Positions 17,856 to 29,057 are shown, numbered from the stretch's first letter. The stretch is DNA of 63,271 nt from a virus (IMGVR_UViG_3300008459_009572:1-63271), one strand, 5' to 3'. A program made the numbers and translations. The notes: generated by a model not told the origin, from the letters alone.

Positions 17856-19316
17856 ATGAAAGAAGGTTATATTCCGCAAGCTCAACGCAAAAAGATTCTT
17901 TTACTTTGTGACGATATCCGAATGACAAGTGGTATTTCTACTATGGCTAGAGAAATTGTTATCGGTACTGCCCATCATTATAATTGGGTAAATGTAGGGG
18001 GCGCTATTAGCCATCCTGATAAAGGCAAAAGATTTGATCTAAGTGCAGATACAGGAAACAATGCTGGTATTGATGATGCTAGTGTATTTCTTTATCCTAC
18101 TGATGGGTATGGTTCTCCTGAACTGATTCGACAACTTATTCAAATAGAAACCCCAGATGCAATTATGTTTTTTACAGATCCAAGATATTGGGTTTGGTTG
18201 TTTCAAATAGAACATGAGATTAGGAAAAAAATACCAATGATTTATCTTAATATTTGGGATGATTTGCCTTATCCAATGTATAACAAATCATTTTATGAAT
18301 CATGTGATACATTATTTGCTATTTCTAAACAAACAGAAAACATTAATAGAGTAGTATTAGGACCAGAAATAGCAGCTGAAAAAGTAATTAAATATGTTCC
18401 ACATGGAATTAATGAAAAATTCTTTTTTCCTATTAAACCAGAGCATCCTGAATATTTAACATTACAAGAATATAAAAAGCATCTTTATGGTGAAAAAGAG
18501 TATGATTTTAATTTATTATACAATGCTAGAAATATTCGCCGTAAATCGGTTCCTGATTTAATGTTGGCTTGGAAAATATTCATTGATACACTACCAGTAG
18601 AAAAAGCTAAAAAATGTGTATTTACACTTCATACTCAACCAATTGATGAAAATGGAACTGATTTGCTTGCTGTAAAGGATATGTTATTTGGAAGAAATCC
18701 TCAATATAACATCGTATTTTCTCAAGCAAGAAATCCATCAAACATCATGAATCTACTCTATAACACAGCAGATGTTGTAGCTTTAATTAGTAGTAACGAA
18801 GGATGGGGATTATCTCTTACAGAAGCAATGATTTGTGGAAAACCAATTATAGCTACAGTAACAGGTGGTATGCAAGATCAAATGCGTTTTGAAGATGAAA
18901 ATGGTAATTGGATTAAATTTATAGAAGAATTTGGTTCAAATCATAAAGGAAAATATAAAAAGCATGGAAAATGGGCTTTTCCCGTATTTCCATCAAATCA
19001 AAGTATTGTAGGTTCTGTTCCAACACCTTATATATTTGATGATAGAGCCCAACCAGAACATGTAGCTGAACAAATTGGAAAAATATATGATATTAAGACA
19101 AATCAACCTGAATACTATGCTGAAATTAGTCAAGCCGCTCATGATTGGGTCCATTCAGATGAAGCAATGATGACAGCTAGAATGATGTCTAAAAACATAA
19201 TTGATGGTATTGATGAAACTTTTAATAAGTGGGAACCAAGACATGCTTTTGAAATGATTAAAGTAGAACCACTTGAACAACCAAAACATTTTGTAAAACA
19301 CGTTATCGCTAAATAA
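17856..19316 (+). CDS. Glycosyltransferase, GT4 (GT-B)
   Basis: VPHG, RNIRRK, NEGWGLSLTEAMICGKPII. Confidence 0.9.
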   Translation: MKEGYIPQAQRKKILLLCDDIRMTSGISTMAREIVIGTAHHYNWVNVGGAISHPDKGKRFDLSADTGNNAGIDDASVFLYPTDGYGSPELIRQLIQIETPDAIMFFTDPRYWVWLFQIEHEIRKKIPMIYLNIWDDLPYPMYNKSFYESCDTLFAISKQTENINRVVLGPEIAAEKVIKYVPHGINEKFFFPIKPEHPEYLTLQEYKKHLYGEKEYDFNLLYNARNIRRKSVPDLMLAWKIFIDTLPVEKAKKCVFTLHTQPIDENGTDLLAVKDMLFGRNPQYNIVFSQARNPSNIMNLLYNTADVVALISSNEGWGLSLTEAMICGKPIIATVTGGMQDQMRFEDENGNWIKFIEEFGSNHKGKYKKHGKWAFPVFPSNQSIVGSVPTPYIFDDRAQPEHVAEQIGKIYDIKTNQPEYYAEISQAAHDWVHSDEAMMTARMMSKNIIDGIDETFNKWEPRHAFEMIKVEPLEQPKHFVKHVIAK

Positions 19317-19317
19317 T

Positions 19318-20616
19318 ATGAAACCTTTAGTTTTTATAAGTTGCCCTATTGATACATTTTCTGGTTATGGTGCTAGGTCTAGAGATGTTGCTTTGTCTAT
19401 TATTAAATCTGGAAAGTATGAGGTAAAAATACTACCTCAAAGATGGGGAGCTACCCCCTTTGGATTTCTACAGCCAGATAATCCTGATCATAAATTAATG
19501 ATAGAATGTATATGGCCTAACCCCCAACTTCCTAAACAACCAGACTGCTGGATTCAGATTACTGTACCAAATGAATTCCAACCTATAGGAAAATTTAACA
19601 TTGGTATTACAGCAGGTATTGAAACTACATTATGTGCTTCTTCTTGGATTGAAGGAATTAATAGAATGAATTTAACACTTGTATCTTCAAATCATGCTAA
19701 AACTGTATTTGAAAATAGTAAATATGAAAAGCGAGATCAAAATACAAATCAGATATTAGAAAATATAGAAGTAAAATCACCTATAGAAGTATTATTTGAA
19801 GGTGTAAATAATGATATTTACAAAAAATTAGATGCTTTTAATGGAGAAGTAAATGATACTTTAGAAGATTTAGTAAAAGAAGATTTTAATTTCTTGTTTG
19901 TAGGTCATTGGTTACAAGGAGAAATTGGACAAGATAGAAAAGATGTTGGAATGCTTATAAAAACTTTTCTTGAAACATTTAAAGACAAAAAACAAAAACC
20001 AGGACTTATTCTTAAAGTATCATGTGGTAACTATTCTATAATGGATAGAGATGAAATATTAGATAGAATTAGACGAATTGAAGAAAGTATAGAAGGCGAT
20101 CTACCTAGTATTTACTTACTTCATGGTGAATTAAGTGATGATGAAATAAATGAGCTATACAATCATTCTAAAGTAAAAGCACACGTATCATTTACCAAAG
20201 GAGAAGGATTTGGAAGACCATTATTAGAAGCCTCCATTAGCCAAAAACCAGTAATTGCTTCAAATTATAGTGGGCATTTAGATTTTCTTGATTCTGAACT
20301 ATCAATTTTACTCCCAGGAGAAATAAAACAAATTCACCCCTCAGCAGCCGTACAAGATATGCTCATTCCAGAATCTGGATGGTTTACTGTTGATTATAAA
20401 AAAGCTTCTGAGATATTTGAAGATGTTTATAAAAATTATAAAAAGTATGTTGATAGAGCAAAGAAACAATCTTACCGTTCACGTACTGAATTTAGTTTAG
20501 AAAAAATGTCTGAAAAATTAGTAGGAATACTAGATGAAAAGATACCTAAACCCGTAGAACTTAAACTTCCTCAATTGAAAAAAATTGAATTACCTAAACT
20601 TAAAAAAGTAGACTAA
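19318..20616 (+). CDS. Glycosyltransferase, GT4 (GT-B)
   Basis: SGYG, DRK, GEGFGRPLLEA, SGHLDF. Confidence 0.9.
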   Translation: MKPLVFISCPIDTFSGYGARSRDVALSIIKSGKYEVKILPQRWGATPFGFLQPDNPDHKLMIECIWPNPQLPKQPDCWIQITVPNEFQPIGKFNIGITAGIETTLCASSWIEGINRMNLTLVSSNHAKTVFENSKYEKRDQNTNQILENIEVKSPIEVLFEGVNNDIYKKLDAFNGEVNDTLEDLVKEDFNFLFVGHWLQGEIGQDRKDVGMLIKTFLETFKDKKQKPGLILKVSCGNYSIMDRDEILDRIRRIEESIEGDLPSIYLLHGELSDDEINELYNHSKVKAHVSFTKGEGFGRPLLEASISQKPVIASNYSGHLDFLDSELSILLPGEIKQIHPSAAVQDMLIPESGWFTVDYKKASEIFEDVYKNYKKYVDRAKKQSYRSRTEFSLEKMSEKLVGILDEKIPKPVELKLPQLKKIELPKLKKVD

Positions 20617-21011
20617 TGCAAGAATCACTTATAATATGTTCTAGGTGTGGGGGTAATGCTTGTCATGAAGCATCTAACGGTCAACTTACTATTTGGAGTT
20701 GTTTTGGGTGTGGATTTACAACTAATTCTACTTTAACAGATGATAAATTAGAAGAAGTAGAAGTAGTAATTCCTCAATTATATAAAGATCTTAAATTTAA
20801 AGATGAAAATGGATTATACTGGTATCCAAATAGTGTAATGTTAGAAGATAGATCAATGGTGTTTGCTGATGGTAAATCTATTGATGAATGGAAGTGGGCA
20901 GGAGTTAAATCTGATGGTGAAAAAGCAGATATGACAACAATAAAACATTTTGAAGAAAAAGACTTTATGGAAGCCCTTGATTATATAGGCTTCTTTGAAA
21001 AACAAAAATAA
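20616..21011 (+). CDS. Hypothetical Zn-finger protein
   Basis: CSRC...CFGC. Confidence 0.6.
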   Translation: MQESLIICSRCGGNACHEASNGQLTIWSCFGCGFTTNSTLTDDKLEEVEVVIPQLYKDLKFKDENGLYWYPNSVMLEDRSMVFADGKSIDEWKWAGVKSDGEKADMTTIKHFEEKDFMEALDYIGFFEKQK

Positions 21012-21015
21012 CGTT

Positions 21016-21636
21016 ATGTTAAGAATTAGTTATGCTATTACTGCTTGGAATGAACACCAAGAATTGGATCGCTTACTTGAAATGCTAACAAACAACATTC
21101 GTCCTGAAGATGAAATAGTAGTTCAATTAGATAAAACAGCGACTGCAGAAGTTAGATCTGTTTGTTTTGATTTTGGTAGACCTAATCTTAGGGTAGTTGA
21201 ATTTCCTTTAAATAATGATTTTGCTACTTTTAAAAATAATCTAAAAAAAGAATGCCTTAAAGAATTTATATTTCAGATTGATGCTGACGAATATCCTCAT
21301 CCTCATTTATTAGCTTCATTACCTTCAATTTTAGATTATAATTACAATATAGATGTATTTTTAGTTCCCAGAATAAACACTGTAGAAGGATTAACTGAAC
21401 AACATATTCAACAGTGGGGATGGAATGTAAATGATAAAGGATGGGTTAACTTTCCTGATTACCAATGGCGTATTTGGAAAAATAGTTCTAAAATTAAATG
21501 GATAAATAAAGTACATGAGCGTTTAGATGGATTTAATGAATATTCAGCCTTTCCACAAATGGAAGAATATTGTTTATTTCATCCTAAAGATATTAAAAGA
21601 CAAGAAAAACAAAACCAATTTTATAATACATTATGA
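21016..21636 (+). CDS. Glycosyltransferase, GT2
   Basis: ISYAITAWNE, FQIDADE, PDYQWR, KVHE. Confidence 0.9.
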   Translation: MLRISYAITAWNEHQELDRLLEMLTNNIRPEDEIVVQLDKTATAEVRSVCFDFGRPNLRVVEFPLNNDFATFKNNLKKECLKEFIFQIDADEYPHPHLLASLPSILDYNYNIDVFLVPRINTVEGLTEQHIQQWGWNVNDKGWVNFPDYQWRIWKNSSKIKWINKVHERLDGFNEYSAFPQMEEYCLFHPKDIKRQEKQNQFYNTL

Positions 21637-22037
21637 GTGACAGAAAATATCTACCAACATTAAGTGAATTAATAGATAGACTATCAATTGTACAGCTAAA
21701 AGAAGTATTCATCCCAGAACATAAAAATGAATATGCTAAAGAAATAGCTGACATAGTTCATGATATTCAATTATATTTAAAAGAAAGTAAAGAACCAATT
21801 ACGGCTGATACAATTAGAGCAATTGTTGTTCTTTCACAAATGAATTTACATATTTGGCATAATGAATCTAATTATCGTAAGGGTATTAAAGATGGAAATA
21901 ATTTAGAATTAACTCATGGATTAAATGGTATTCGCAATGTAGCTAAAAATAAAATCCAGGAAATTATGGGTGGTAGAAAAGATTATAAAATTGACTGCTT
22001 AGCAGCTGAATTTAAAGATTGGGATATATCATGGTAA
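21633..22037 (+). CDS. Hypothetical helical protein common in glycan clusters
   Basis: ELIDRLSIVQLK...IWH.E...NGIR...KNKI. Confidence 0.6.
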   Translation: MSDRKYLPTLSELIDRLSIVQLKEVFIPEHKNEYAKEIADIVHDIQLYLKESKEPITADTIRAIVVLSQMNLHIWHNESNYRKGIKDGNNLELTHGLNGIRNVAKNKIQEIMGGRKDYKIDCLAAEFKDWDISW

Positions 22038-22435
22038 AAAAAGTATGGGTAAATGGCGCTTTTGATATCCTTCATATAGGACATCTTAGACTACTTGAAT
22101 ATGCTGCTTTATTTGGCAGTGTTCGAGTTGGTATTGATACTGATAATCGCATTAAAGAAAAAAAAGGAGCTGATCGTCCATACAATACTTTAGAAGATAG
22201 AGTAGAATTTCTATATGGGATTAAATATGTAACAGATGTTGTTACATTTGGATCAAATGAGGAGCTAGTTGAAAGTATTAGAGAATATGACCCTGATTTA
22301 ATGGTTATAGGAGATGATTACAATTATCATACTATTATTGGAATTGAATATATTCCTCAAGTTAAATTCTTTGAGAAAATACCTGGTAAATCAACAACTA
22401 AAATTTTAAATTATGGAAAAACCAATAGTTTGTGA
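22031..22435 (+). CDS. Cytidylyl/adenylyltransferase (RfaE domain II / TagD-like)
   Basis: NGAFDILHIGH, RPYN, GDDY, STTKI. Confidence 0.9.
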   Translation: MVKKVWVNGAFDILHIGHLRLLEYAALFGSVRVGIDTDNRIKEKKGADRPYNTLEDRVEFLYGIKYVTDVVTFGSNEELVESIREYDPDLMVIGDDYNYHTIIGIEYIPQVKFFEKIPGKSTTKILNYGKTNSL

Positions 22436-22784
22436 GGGTTGTAAAGTACCTAAAGGTTGGGGTGAAGAATTAATTATTGAAAATAATGATAAATACTGTG
22501 GCAAGCTCCTTATATTTAAAGCAGGTTGTAAATTCAGTATGCATTATCATATGATTAAAGATGAAACATGGTATGTTGATAAAGGAGAATTCATATATAG
22601 ATGGATTGACACTGAAACAGCTGAAATACATGAAGAATACCTTAAACCAGGAAACGTAGTAAGACAAAGACCAGGCCAACCTCATCAGTTGGAAGCTAAA
22701 ACAGAAGGTATTATATTTGAAGTATCAACAACTCACTTTGATTCTGACTCATATCGTGTTTGGAAAGGTGATTCACAAAAATAA
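22413..22784 (+). CDS. Cupin sugar isomerase-like protein
   Basis: KGWGEE, SMHYH..KDETW, PH, EVST. Confidence 0.8.
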   Translation: MEKPIVCEGCKVPKGWGEELIIENNDKYCGKLLIFKAGCKFSMHYHMIKDETWYVDKGEFIYRWIDTETAEIHEEYLKPGNVVRQRPGQPHQLEAKTEGIIFEVSTTHFDSDSYRVWKGDSQK

Positions 22785-22788
22785 AAAT

Positions 22789-23718
22789 ATGAAAAAAGTT
22801 TTAATTATAGGAGGTAATGGATATGTAGGTAGTAGACTATATAAAGATTACTCTACAGAATATAAAGTTACAATAGTAGATGGATGTTGGTTTGATAAAC
22901 CACTAGTTCCAACAATAGAAAGAGATATTACTGAATTAACAGTTGATTTCTTATCTTCGTTTGATGTTGTTATTTTATTAGCTGCCCATTCAAGTGTTAA
23001 AATGTGTGAAGGGCCTTTATTAAGTGCCTATGACAATAATATTAGAAATTTCGTTCAGCTAGCATCTAAGTTAAAACCGCATCAGAAATTTATATATGCT
23101 AGCTCATCTAGTGTTTATGGTAATGCTGGTGAATTAGTAGTGGATGAAACCTATAACGGGTTTGTACCTCATAATCATTATGATATTACAAAACATGTTA
23201 TTGACCTATATGCTCCTAAATTCGATACTCAGTATTATGGTTTAAGATTTGGTACTGTAAATGGTTATTCTCCTATTGTTAGAAATGATGTTATGATTAA
23301 CTCAATGGTTTATAATGCTGTTAAAAACGGAGAAATAAAACTATACATTAAAGATATTCTTAGACCAATTTTAGGTATAAGTGATTTAAGTCGTGCTATA
23401 AAAGCTATTATTGATGTAGAAGGTGATCATAGAGGAATTTATAATTTAGCTTCATTCAATAGCACAGCTGAGGAGATAGCTTATGGTGTTAGCAAAGTAG
23501 TAGGTGTTAAAGTAACTGAGTACGAAACAGATCCTAATAATATTGTTAATTCAAAATTACAAACTAAAAGTTATAATTTTTCTATTGATTGTACTAAATT
23601 TAAAAATACATTTGGATTTGAATTTAAAGAAACAGTAGAGAGTATTACAAAAGGATTAGTAGACAATTTTGATAATATAATTTTCACATCAAGAAATCAA
23701 TTTAAGGAATATGAATAA
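22789..23718 (+). CDS. NAD-dependent epimerase/dehydratase
   Basis: GGNGYVG, YASSSSVYG, YDITK; start reassigned to 22789. Confidence 0.9.
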   Translation: MKKVLIIGGNGYVGSRLYKDYSTEYKVTIVDGCWFDKPLVPTIERDITELTVDFLSSFDVVILLAAHSSVKMCEGPLLSAYDNNIRNFVQLASKLKPHQKFIYASSSSVYGNAGELVVDETYNGFVPHNHYDITKHVIDLYAPKFDTQYYGLRFGTVNGYSPIVRNDVMINSMVYNAVKNGEIKLYIKDILRPILGISDLSRAIKAIIDVEGDHRGIYNLASFNSTAEEIAYGVSKVVGVKVTEYETDPNNIVNSKLQTKSYNFSIDCTKFKNTFGFEFKETVESITKGLVDNFDNIIFTSRNQFKEYE

Positions 23719-24940
23719 TGAATTTCAAATATCACACATTGAAAATAAAAAATGTTTTTGTTGTGGTAATAATAATTTAAAAACAGTATTGGATTTAGGT
23801 AATCAACCCTTAGCAAATGATTATCATAATAATTTAGTGTTACAAGAAGAATATCCGTTAAAATTAAATTTATGTGATAAATGTTTCCATTTACAACTAA
23901 GTCATACAGTTAATCCTGATTTAATGTTTAAACATTATCTTTATGTAAGTGGTACAACACAAACCTTAAGGGATTATTTTGATGTATTTGCTAAAAAAAC
24001 ACTAGAATATAATCCTAAAGCTAAAAATATATTAGACATTGCTTCTAATGACGGAACTCAACTTGATTCTTATAAAAAACTAGGACTAAATACCTATGGA
24101 ATAGACCCAGCGGAGAATTTGTATGGTGATGCTGTAACTAAAGGTCATAATATAGTATGTGATTATTTCAATATTAATACTATTGATAAATTTGGTGATA
24201 CTAAGTTTGATATCATTACTGCTCAAAATGTATTTGCCCATAACAAGTATACTGTTGATTTTCTTTTATCCTGTAATGAATTAATGACCGATCAATCAGT
24301 ATTATTTATTCAAACATCACAAGCAAATATGGTATTAAATAACGAATTTGATACTATTTACCATGAGCATTTATCTTTCTTTAATACTAAATCAATGAAA
24401 ACGTTAGTTGAAAGATGTGGTTTAGTATTAAGTGACGTATTTAAAACAGACATTCATGGTACTAGTTATGTGTTTGTAATTACTAAAAAAGATTTAGGAT
24501 TAAAAGGAACACAAGAAATGCTTGATTTTGAAGAAAGTAAAGGTTTGTATGATGTTTTAACTTATCCTGAATATGCTTTAAAATGTTATAAGGCAACTTA
24601 CGATTTAAAAAATAAATTAGAACAACTTAAAAAAGAAGGATATACTTTAGTTGGATATGGAGCTGCTGCTAAAGGTAATACATTACTTAATTTTGGAAAA
24701 ATTAAATTAGATATTATTATAGATGATAATCCTTTAAAACAAAATCTATTCACTCCTGGAATGAATATCCCAATTTATAGTTCTGATTATATATCAAACA
24801 TGCTTAAGGATAAAGTAGTTTTCATACCTTTAGCTTGGAATTTCTATACTGAAATTAAATCACGTATTAAAGCAAAAAGAGATAATCCAAATAATTTATT
24901 TATTAAATATTTCCCAACATTAGAAATAAATGAAGGTTAA
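23711..24940 (+). CDS. NDP-sugar C-methyltransferase (Zn-binding)
   Basis: CFCC...LDLGNQPLAN...CDKC, IASNDG, YHEH, GYGAAAKG. Confidence 0.88.
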   Translation: MNNEFQISHIENKKCFCCGNNNLKTVLDLGNQPLANDYHNNLVLQEEYPLKLNLCDKCFHLQLSHTVNPDLMFKHYLYVSGTTQTLRDYFDVFAKKTLEYNPKAKNILDIASNDGTQLDSYKKLGLNTYGIDPAENLYGDAVTKGHNIVCDYFNINTIDKFGDTKFDIITAQNVFAHNKYTVDFLLSCNELMTDQSVLFIQTSQANMVLNNEFDTIYHEHLSFFNTKSMKTLVERCGLVLSDVFKTDIHGTSYVFVITKKDLGLKGTQEMLDFEESKGLYDVLTYPEYALKCYKATYDLKNKLEQLKKEGYTLVGYGAAAKGNTLLNFGKIKLDIIIDDNPLKQNLFTPGMNIPIYSSDYISNMLKDKVVFIPLAWNFYTEIKSRIKAKRDNPNNLFIKYFPTLEINEG

Positions 24941-25847
24941 AATATCATATCATATAATGCCATATGAAATAGACTATGCTTTATTATCATATACTCAATT
25001 AAAAAAATCTAGATATCACATTCCTGATAATATAGATATTGAAATTGATACGGTAATGAATTGTTCTAATTATTTAATTGATTGGGACAAAACTATTTTA
25101 CCTAAACAGTTCTTCATCCAAAAATTTAATGATTTAAGTATATTACTAAAAGATTATACTGTTAACTCTAAAATATATGAAGGAGATGAATGTTACGGTC
25201 TTCTAGATATCCAACGAGAATCCTACTGTGGAGCTGATTATTACATTAATATCACCCCAGATATGTACTTTAGTGAACATCTATTAGCATTAATGCTTGA
25301 ATCAACTAAAGTAATTAAAAATGAATATTATGTAGTTACTCCTGAAATTCATAAAATGTGGGATTATACTTGGGATGAAATTACTAATCAAAGGTATATG
25401 GATGTTCCTTATGAAAAATGGAATGATACAGATGTATTTGATATTAGACATAATATGAAAATGGATAACGATGAAGTAAGATTAGAGCCAACAACAAGAA
25501 GTAAATGGGCTTGGTGGTTAGATTTATATAACAGAGCATTTTATGAAGATTTTGCCCCTGTACAAGATGATTGGTATGGATACGGACCTTGGGATTGGTG
25601 GTCGTTAATGTTAACAGAATATGCTAAAAATCAAGGTGCTGATTTTCAAGAGTATGTTTTAAGAGGACAAACTATATTTGAATATCCTATTGGTTCTTTA
25701 AAAGGTAAGGGATTTGTTTCCTATCATAAAGACTTTATGCATATGAGAGGAAATGCCCCTCAACAAAGACAACGATTTGAAGCAAACATGCAATTATATC
25801 TAGAAAGAGGAATCAAACATTTAAAACAAAAAGGAATTATAAAATGA
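24930..25847 (+). CDS. Hypothetical, possibly GT-A glycosyltransferase
   Basis: ITPDMYF, GYGPWD; cluster context. Confidence 0.45.
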   Translation: MKVKISYHIMPYEIDYALLSYTQLKKSRYHIPDNIDIEIDTVMNCSNYLIDWDKTILPKQFFIQKFNDLSILLKDYTVNSKIYEGDECYGLLDIQRESYCGADYYINITPDMYFSEHLLALMLESTKVIKNEYYVVTPEIHKMWDYTWDEITNQRYMDVPYEKWNDTDVFDIRHNMKMDNDEVRLEPTTRSKWAWWLDLYNRAFYEDFAPVQDDWYGYGPWDWWSLMLTEYAKNQGADFQEYVLRGQTIFEYPIGSLKGKGFVSYHKDFMHMRGNAPQQRQRFEANMQLYLERGIKHLKQKGIIK

Positions 25848-26761
25848 AAATAACAGTACAAGATATTGAACAAGTAGTTGGATTTTCAATTAGTAATAGT
25901 TGTAAAACATTAATTGATGAATTTGATCTTACTTATAGAGAATTAACAAAACAAGAACGTGATGATGTTATACTTAACATTATTAATACTTTAAATGATG
26001 ATATTGAATATGTAGGTAAGCATAGATTAGAAAAGTGGGAAAAGGGATGGTATGAGAATTTAGAATTATTAAAGCAAGAGAAGAAAGTAAATAGTTTAGT
26101 TCCTAAATATTTTGGTAAATATGATGTTGCTCGTTGGAAGGGTGATTTTATTAAATGTGAAACTGAATATTTTGATTACAAACTTCATATTATACTAGTT
26201 GATGCTATATTACATCAATATGTAGGTAGTAATTATTCTAATTTATATGAATTTGGTTGTGGTCCCGCTTATCATTTATTACGTTTTGGAAATTTTAACT
26301 CTAATATTAACTTAATAGGTCTAGATTGGGCCGAAGCCTCTCAGAATATTATTAAAGAAATAAACAAATTAAAAATTAATAATAAAATAACAGGATATAA
26401 TTTTGATTATTTTAACCCAAATTACAACATAGATATAGCAGAAAATTCAGCTATATTTACTTGTGCTTCATTAGAACAAATTGGGGAAAATTATAAAGAA
26501 TTCGTAGATTATCTAATCTCAAAACAACCTGATCTTTGTATTCATTTTGAACCTTCTTCAGAGTTGTTAAATGAAAATAGTTTGGTAGATAAACTTTCTA
26601 TATTATATTTCAATAAAAGAAAATATTTGAAAGGATATTTAACTTATTTAAGACAACTAGAACAAGAAAATAAAATTGAAATTATAAATACTCAACGATT
26701 ACAAGGTGGTTCTTATTTTATAGAAGGATATCCTGTAATTGTTTGGAAAATAAAAAAATAA
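25844..26761 (+). CDS. Class I SAM-dependent methyltransferase
   Basis: YEFGCGPAYHL, IGLDW, SLEQI. Confidence 0.75.
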   Translation: MKITVQDIEQVVGFSISNSCKTLIDEFDLTYRELTKQERDDVILNIINTLNDDIEYVGKHRLEKWEKGWYENLELLKQEKKVNSLVPKYFGKYDVARWKGDFIKCETEYFDYKLHIILVDAILHQYVGSNYSNLYEFGCGPAYHLLRFGNFNSNINLIGLDWAEASQNIIKEINKLKINNKITGYNFDYFNPNYNIDIAENSAIFTCASLEQIGENYKEFVDYLISKQPDLCIHFEPSSELLNENSLVDKLSILYFNKRKYLKGYLTYLRQLEQENKIEIINTQRLQGGSYFIEGYPVIVWKIKK

Positions 26762-26765
26762 ACAC

Positions 26766-27647
26766 ATGAATAACTTAATTGAAACAAGAAAAAAAGTATA
26801 CAAAAATTTCCCTGCAGAAAACCTAAATGCTGATTCTTCGGGTATTGTTTTATTTTATGATATTAATAATGATGATTATAATACTTTAATTAAAGCAACA
26901 CAAAATTTTATATGTAAGTCTTTGTCTTTAGTACATGAAAAAGAATTTACCTGGACTAATAGTTTCTTAGAAGATAATGATGAATTAATTCAAAAACTAC
27001 CAAATAAAACACCAAACGGTGTCTTAAATCCTAAAAAAGAAACAACAGCTGAATTTGTAGAAATTCAAAAAGCGGTAAATAAAATATTTGAAAATTTAGG
27101 GGTATATAAACATATTAAAAAACTAGCAGTACCAAATATTAGATATAAAAGCACACTCGAACCAGATGGAGCTAAAGATCGTCCCTACTACACTAGTAAA
27201 ATCCATTCAGATGCTTGGGTTGGTCATAAAGGTGATTCTATATTTTTAATTGGTATTTTAGGTGATATTAATAATAATACTGTTGAGTTTAACGAACCAA
27301 TTAATCCACACGACAACTATTTACACAAAGCTGATAACTTTGATGAAGGTAACACCAGATATGAATCATTAAAATATTTAGGTCAATTATCAAAACAAAT
27401 TTTAGGAGTAATGGATCATGCTTGTGCTCATAGAACTCTAGTTAAAGCAGGAAGTGGTCCTAGAGTATCATTAGATATAGCTGTTTTAGTTGATAGTGAA
27501 TATTCTCATTCTAATGATGAAGGATTTGACGAAACAGCATATGCTTATTATGATGCTGATACAATTAAATCAATTGGTGTATCTAAAAAATATGAAGTTG
27601 ATGAATCAATATTTAATTCAACAACAACTAAAATAAAAATTGCCTAA
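26766..27647 (+). CDS. Hypothetical, possible 2OG-Fe(II)/DSBH oxygenase
   Basis: HSDAW...H.T...RVSLD pattern. Confidence 0.45.
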   Translation: MNNLIETRKKVYKNFPAENLNADSSGIVLFYDINNDDYNTLIKATQNFICKSLSLVHEKEFTWTNSFLEDNDELIQKLPNKTPNGVLNPKKETTAEFVEIQKAVNKIFENLGVYKHIKKLAVPNIRYKSTLEPDGAKDRPYYTSKIHSDAWVGHKGDSIFLIGILGDINNNTVEFNEPINPHDNYLHKADNFDEGNTRYESLKYLGQLSKQILGVMDHACAHRTLVKAGSGPRVSLDIAVLVDSEYSHSNDEGFDETAYAYYDADTIKSIGVSKKYEVDESIFNSTTTKIKIA

Positions 27648-28540
27648 TGCCTTTACAAATATTTTCTAATTTTAGAGATCCAAAGACAGATCCTTTATTT
27701 GAGTATTTAAGAGAAAAATACAGTGATAAGCCTATTAGCATTCATTATGAATATTTTCCTTCTTTACAAGAAATAAACATAAATCCTTATAATTTTTCAA
27801 TTATAATGGAACCAAATGAGTTCTTTAGATACCATGATATAGCTGTGGAGAGACATCATATATTTACTGCTATATTAACTTGGAGTCCTATAATATTAGA
27901 TAAATGTCCTAATGCTGTTAGTTTTACTTTTAATGGTAGAGTATTAGATAAAGACTTTTGTCAAGAAATAGAAAACAGAGAAAAGAAATTTGAAGTATCT
28001 TTTTTATGTGGAGATAAAAATTTAGTAGAAGGACATAAATTAAGACATGAAGTTCATAAATTAGAAAATAATATTAAAATACCTAAAAAATGGTATTACG
28101 TTTTAGAAGATTATGATTTAGAAAATAAAGTACGTCCTGGTTATTCTACATATTCTAAAGACTTATCTCATATTCCTAAAAATGTAGATATTATAGGTTA
28201 TGGAAAACGAATATTATTTGAAGAATCTATGTTTAATGTTGTTATAGAAAATGTTAAATATAAAAATTGGTACAATAAAATAGGAGACAATTTTTTATCT
28301 AAAACAGTTCCTATTTACTGGGGATGTGATAACATTGAGGAATTTGGATATGATGAAAGGGGAATTATTAGGTTTAACAACGAAAAAGATTTATTAGAAA
28401 TAATAAATTCATTGACACCCGAACTATACTATCAGATGAAACCCTACATAGATTACAATTGTGAGGTAGCTAAACTAGATGATCTAGAAGACAGATTAAG
28501 TGAAGTACTTGACCAATTTATACAACTAAACAATATATGA
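27647..28540 (+). CDS. GT10 (alpha-1,3-fucosyltransferase-like) glycosyltransferase
   Basis: FNVVIEN...KIGDNFLSKTVPIYWG motif. Confidence 0.7.
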   Translation: MPLQIFSNFRDPKTDPLFEYLREKYSDKPISIHYEYFPSLQEININPYNFSIIMEPNEFFRYHDIAVERHHIFTAILTWSPIILDKCPNAVSFTFNGRVLDKDFCQEIENREKKFEVSFLCGDKNLVEGHKLRHEVHKLENNIKIPKKWYYVLEDYDLENKVRPGYSTYSKDLSHIPKNVDIIGYGKRILFEESMFNVVIENVKYKNWYNKIGDNFLSKTVPIYWGCDNIEEFGYDERGIIRFNNEKDLLEIINSLTPELYYQMKPYIDYNCEVAKLDDLEDRLSEVLDQFIQLNNI

Positions 28541-29013
28541 TATTTCCAGAAGTAAAAATATTCCAACCAGATTCATTTGAAGATTTTAGGGGAGAACTAT
28601 ATACATTGTTTAAACAAGAAGAACATGAATTAGTTTTTAATCATGATAAAGTATCTGTTTCTAGACAAAATGTTTTAAGAGGATTACACGGTGATTCTAA
28701 ATCATGGAAATTGATTACTTGTTTAAGCGGTGTTATATACCTTGTTGTTGTAGATAATAGACCTGAATCTCCAAATTATTTAAAGTGGGATAGTGTAGTT
28801 TTAAGTGAAACTAATAGAAAACAAGTATTAGTACCCCCTATGTTTGCCAATGGTCATTTAATATTAAGTAATACAGGAGTATTCTTTTATAAATGGTCAT
28901 ATCCAGGCGAATACCCAGATGTTAAAGATCAATTTACATTAAAATGGAATGATCCTAAAATCAATATACATTGGCCTGTAGATAACCCTATATTATCTAG
29001 ACGTGATAAATAG
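28537..29013 (+). CDS. rmlC: dTDP-4-dehydrorhamnose 3,5-epimerase family
   Basis: DFRG, VLRGLH, VVDNR, PPMFANG, WNDP. Confidence 0.88.
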   Translation: MIFPEVKIFQPDSFEDFRGELYTLFKQEEHELVFNHDKVSVSRQNVLRGLHGDSKSWKLITCLSGVIYLVVVDNRPESPNYLKWDSVVLSETNRKQVLVPPMFANGHLILSNTGVFFYKWSYPGEYPDVKDQFTLKWNDPKINIHWPVDNPILSRRDK

Positions 29014-29045
29014 TTTGGATATTCAAAATAATTTAATTATATTTA
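29014..29045 (+). promoter_or_regulatory. Putative promoter (TTTG-N20-TATATTTA)
   Basis: Recurring motif in the main intergenic gap of the glycan region. Confidence 0.55.
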
Positions 29046-29057
29046 CAAAAACAAGAT

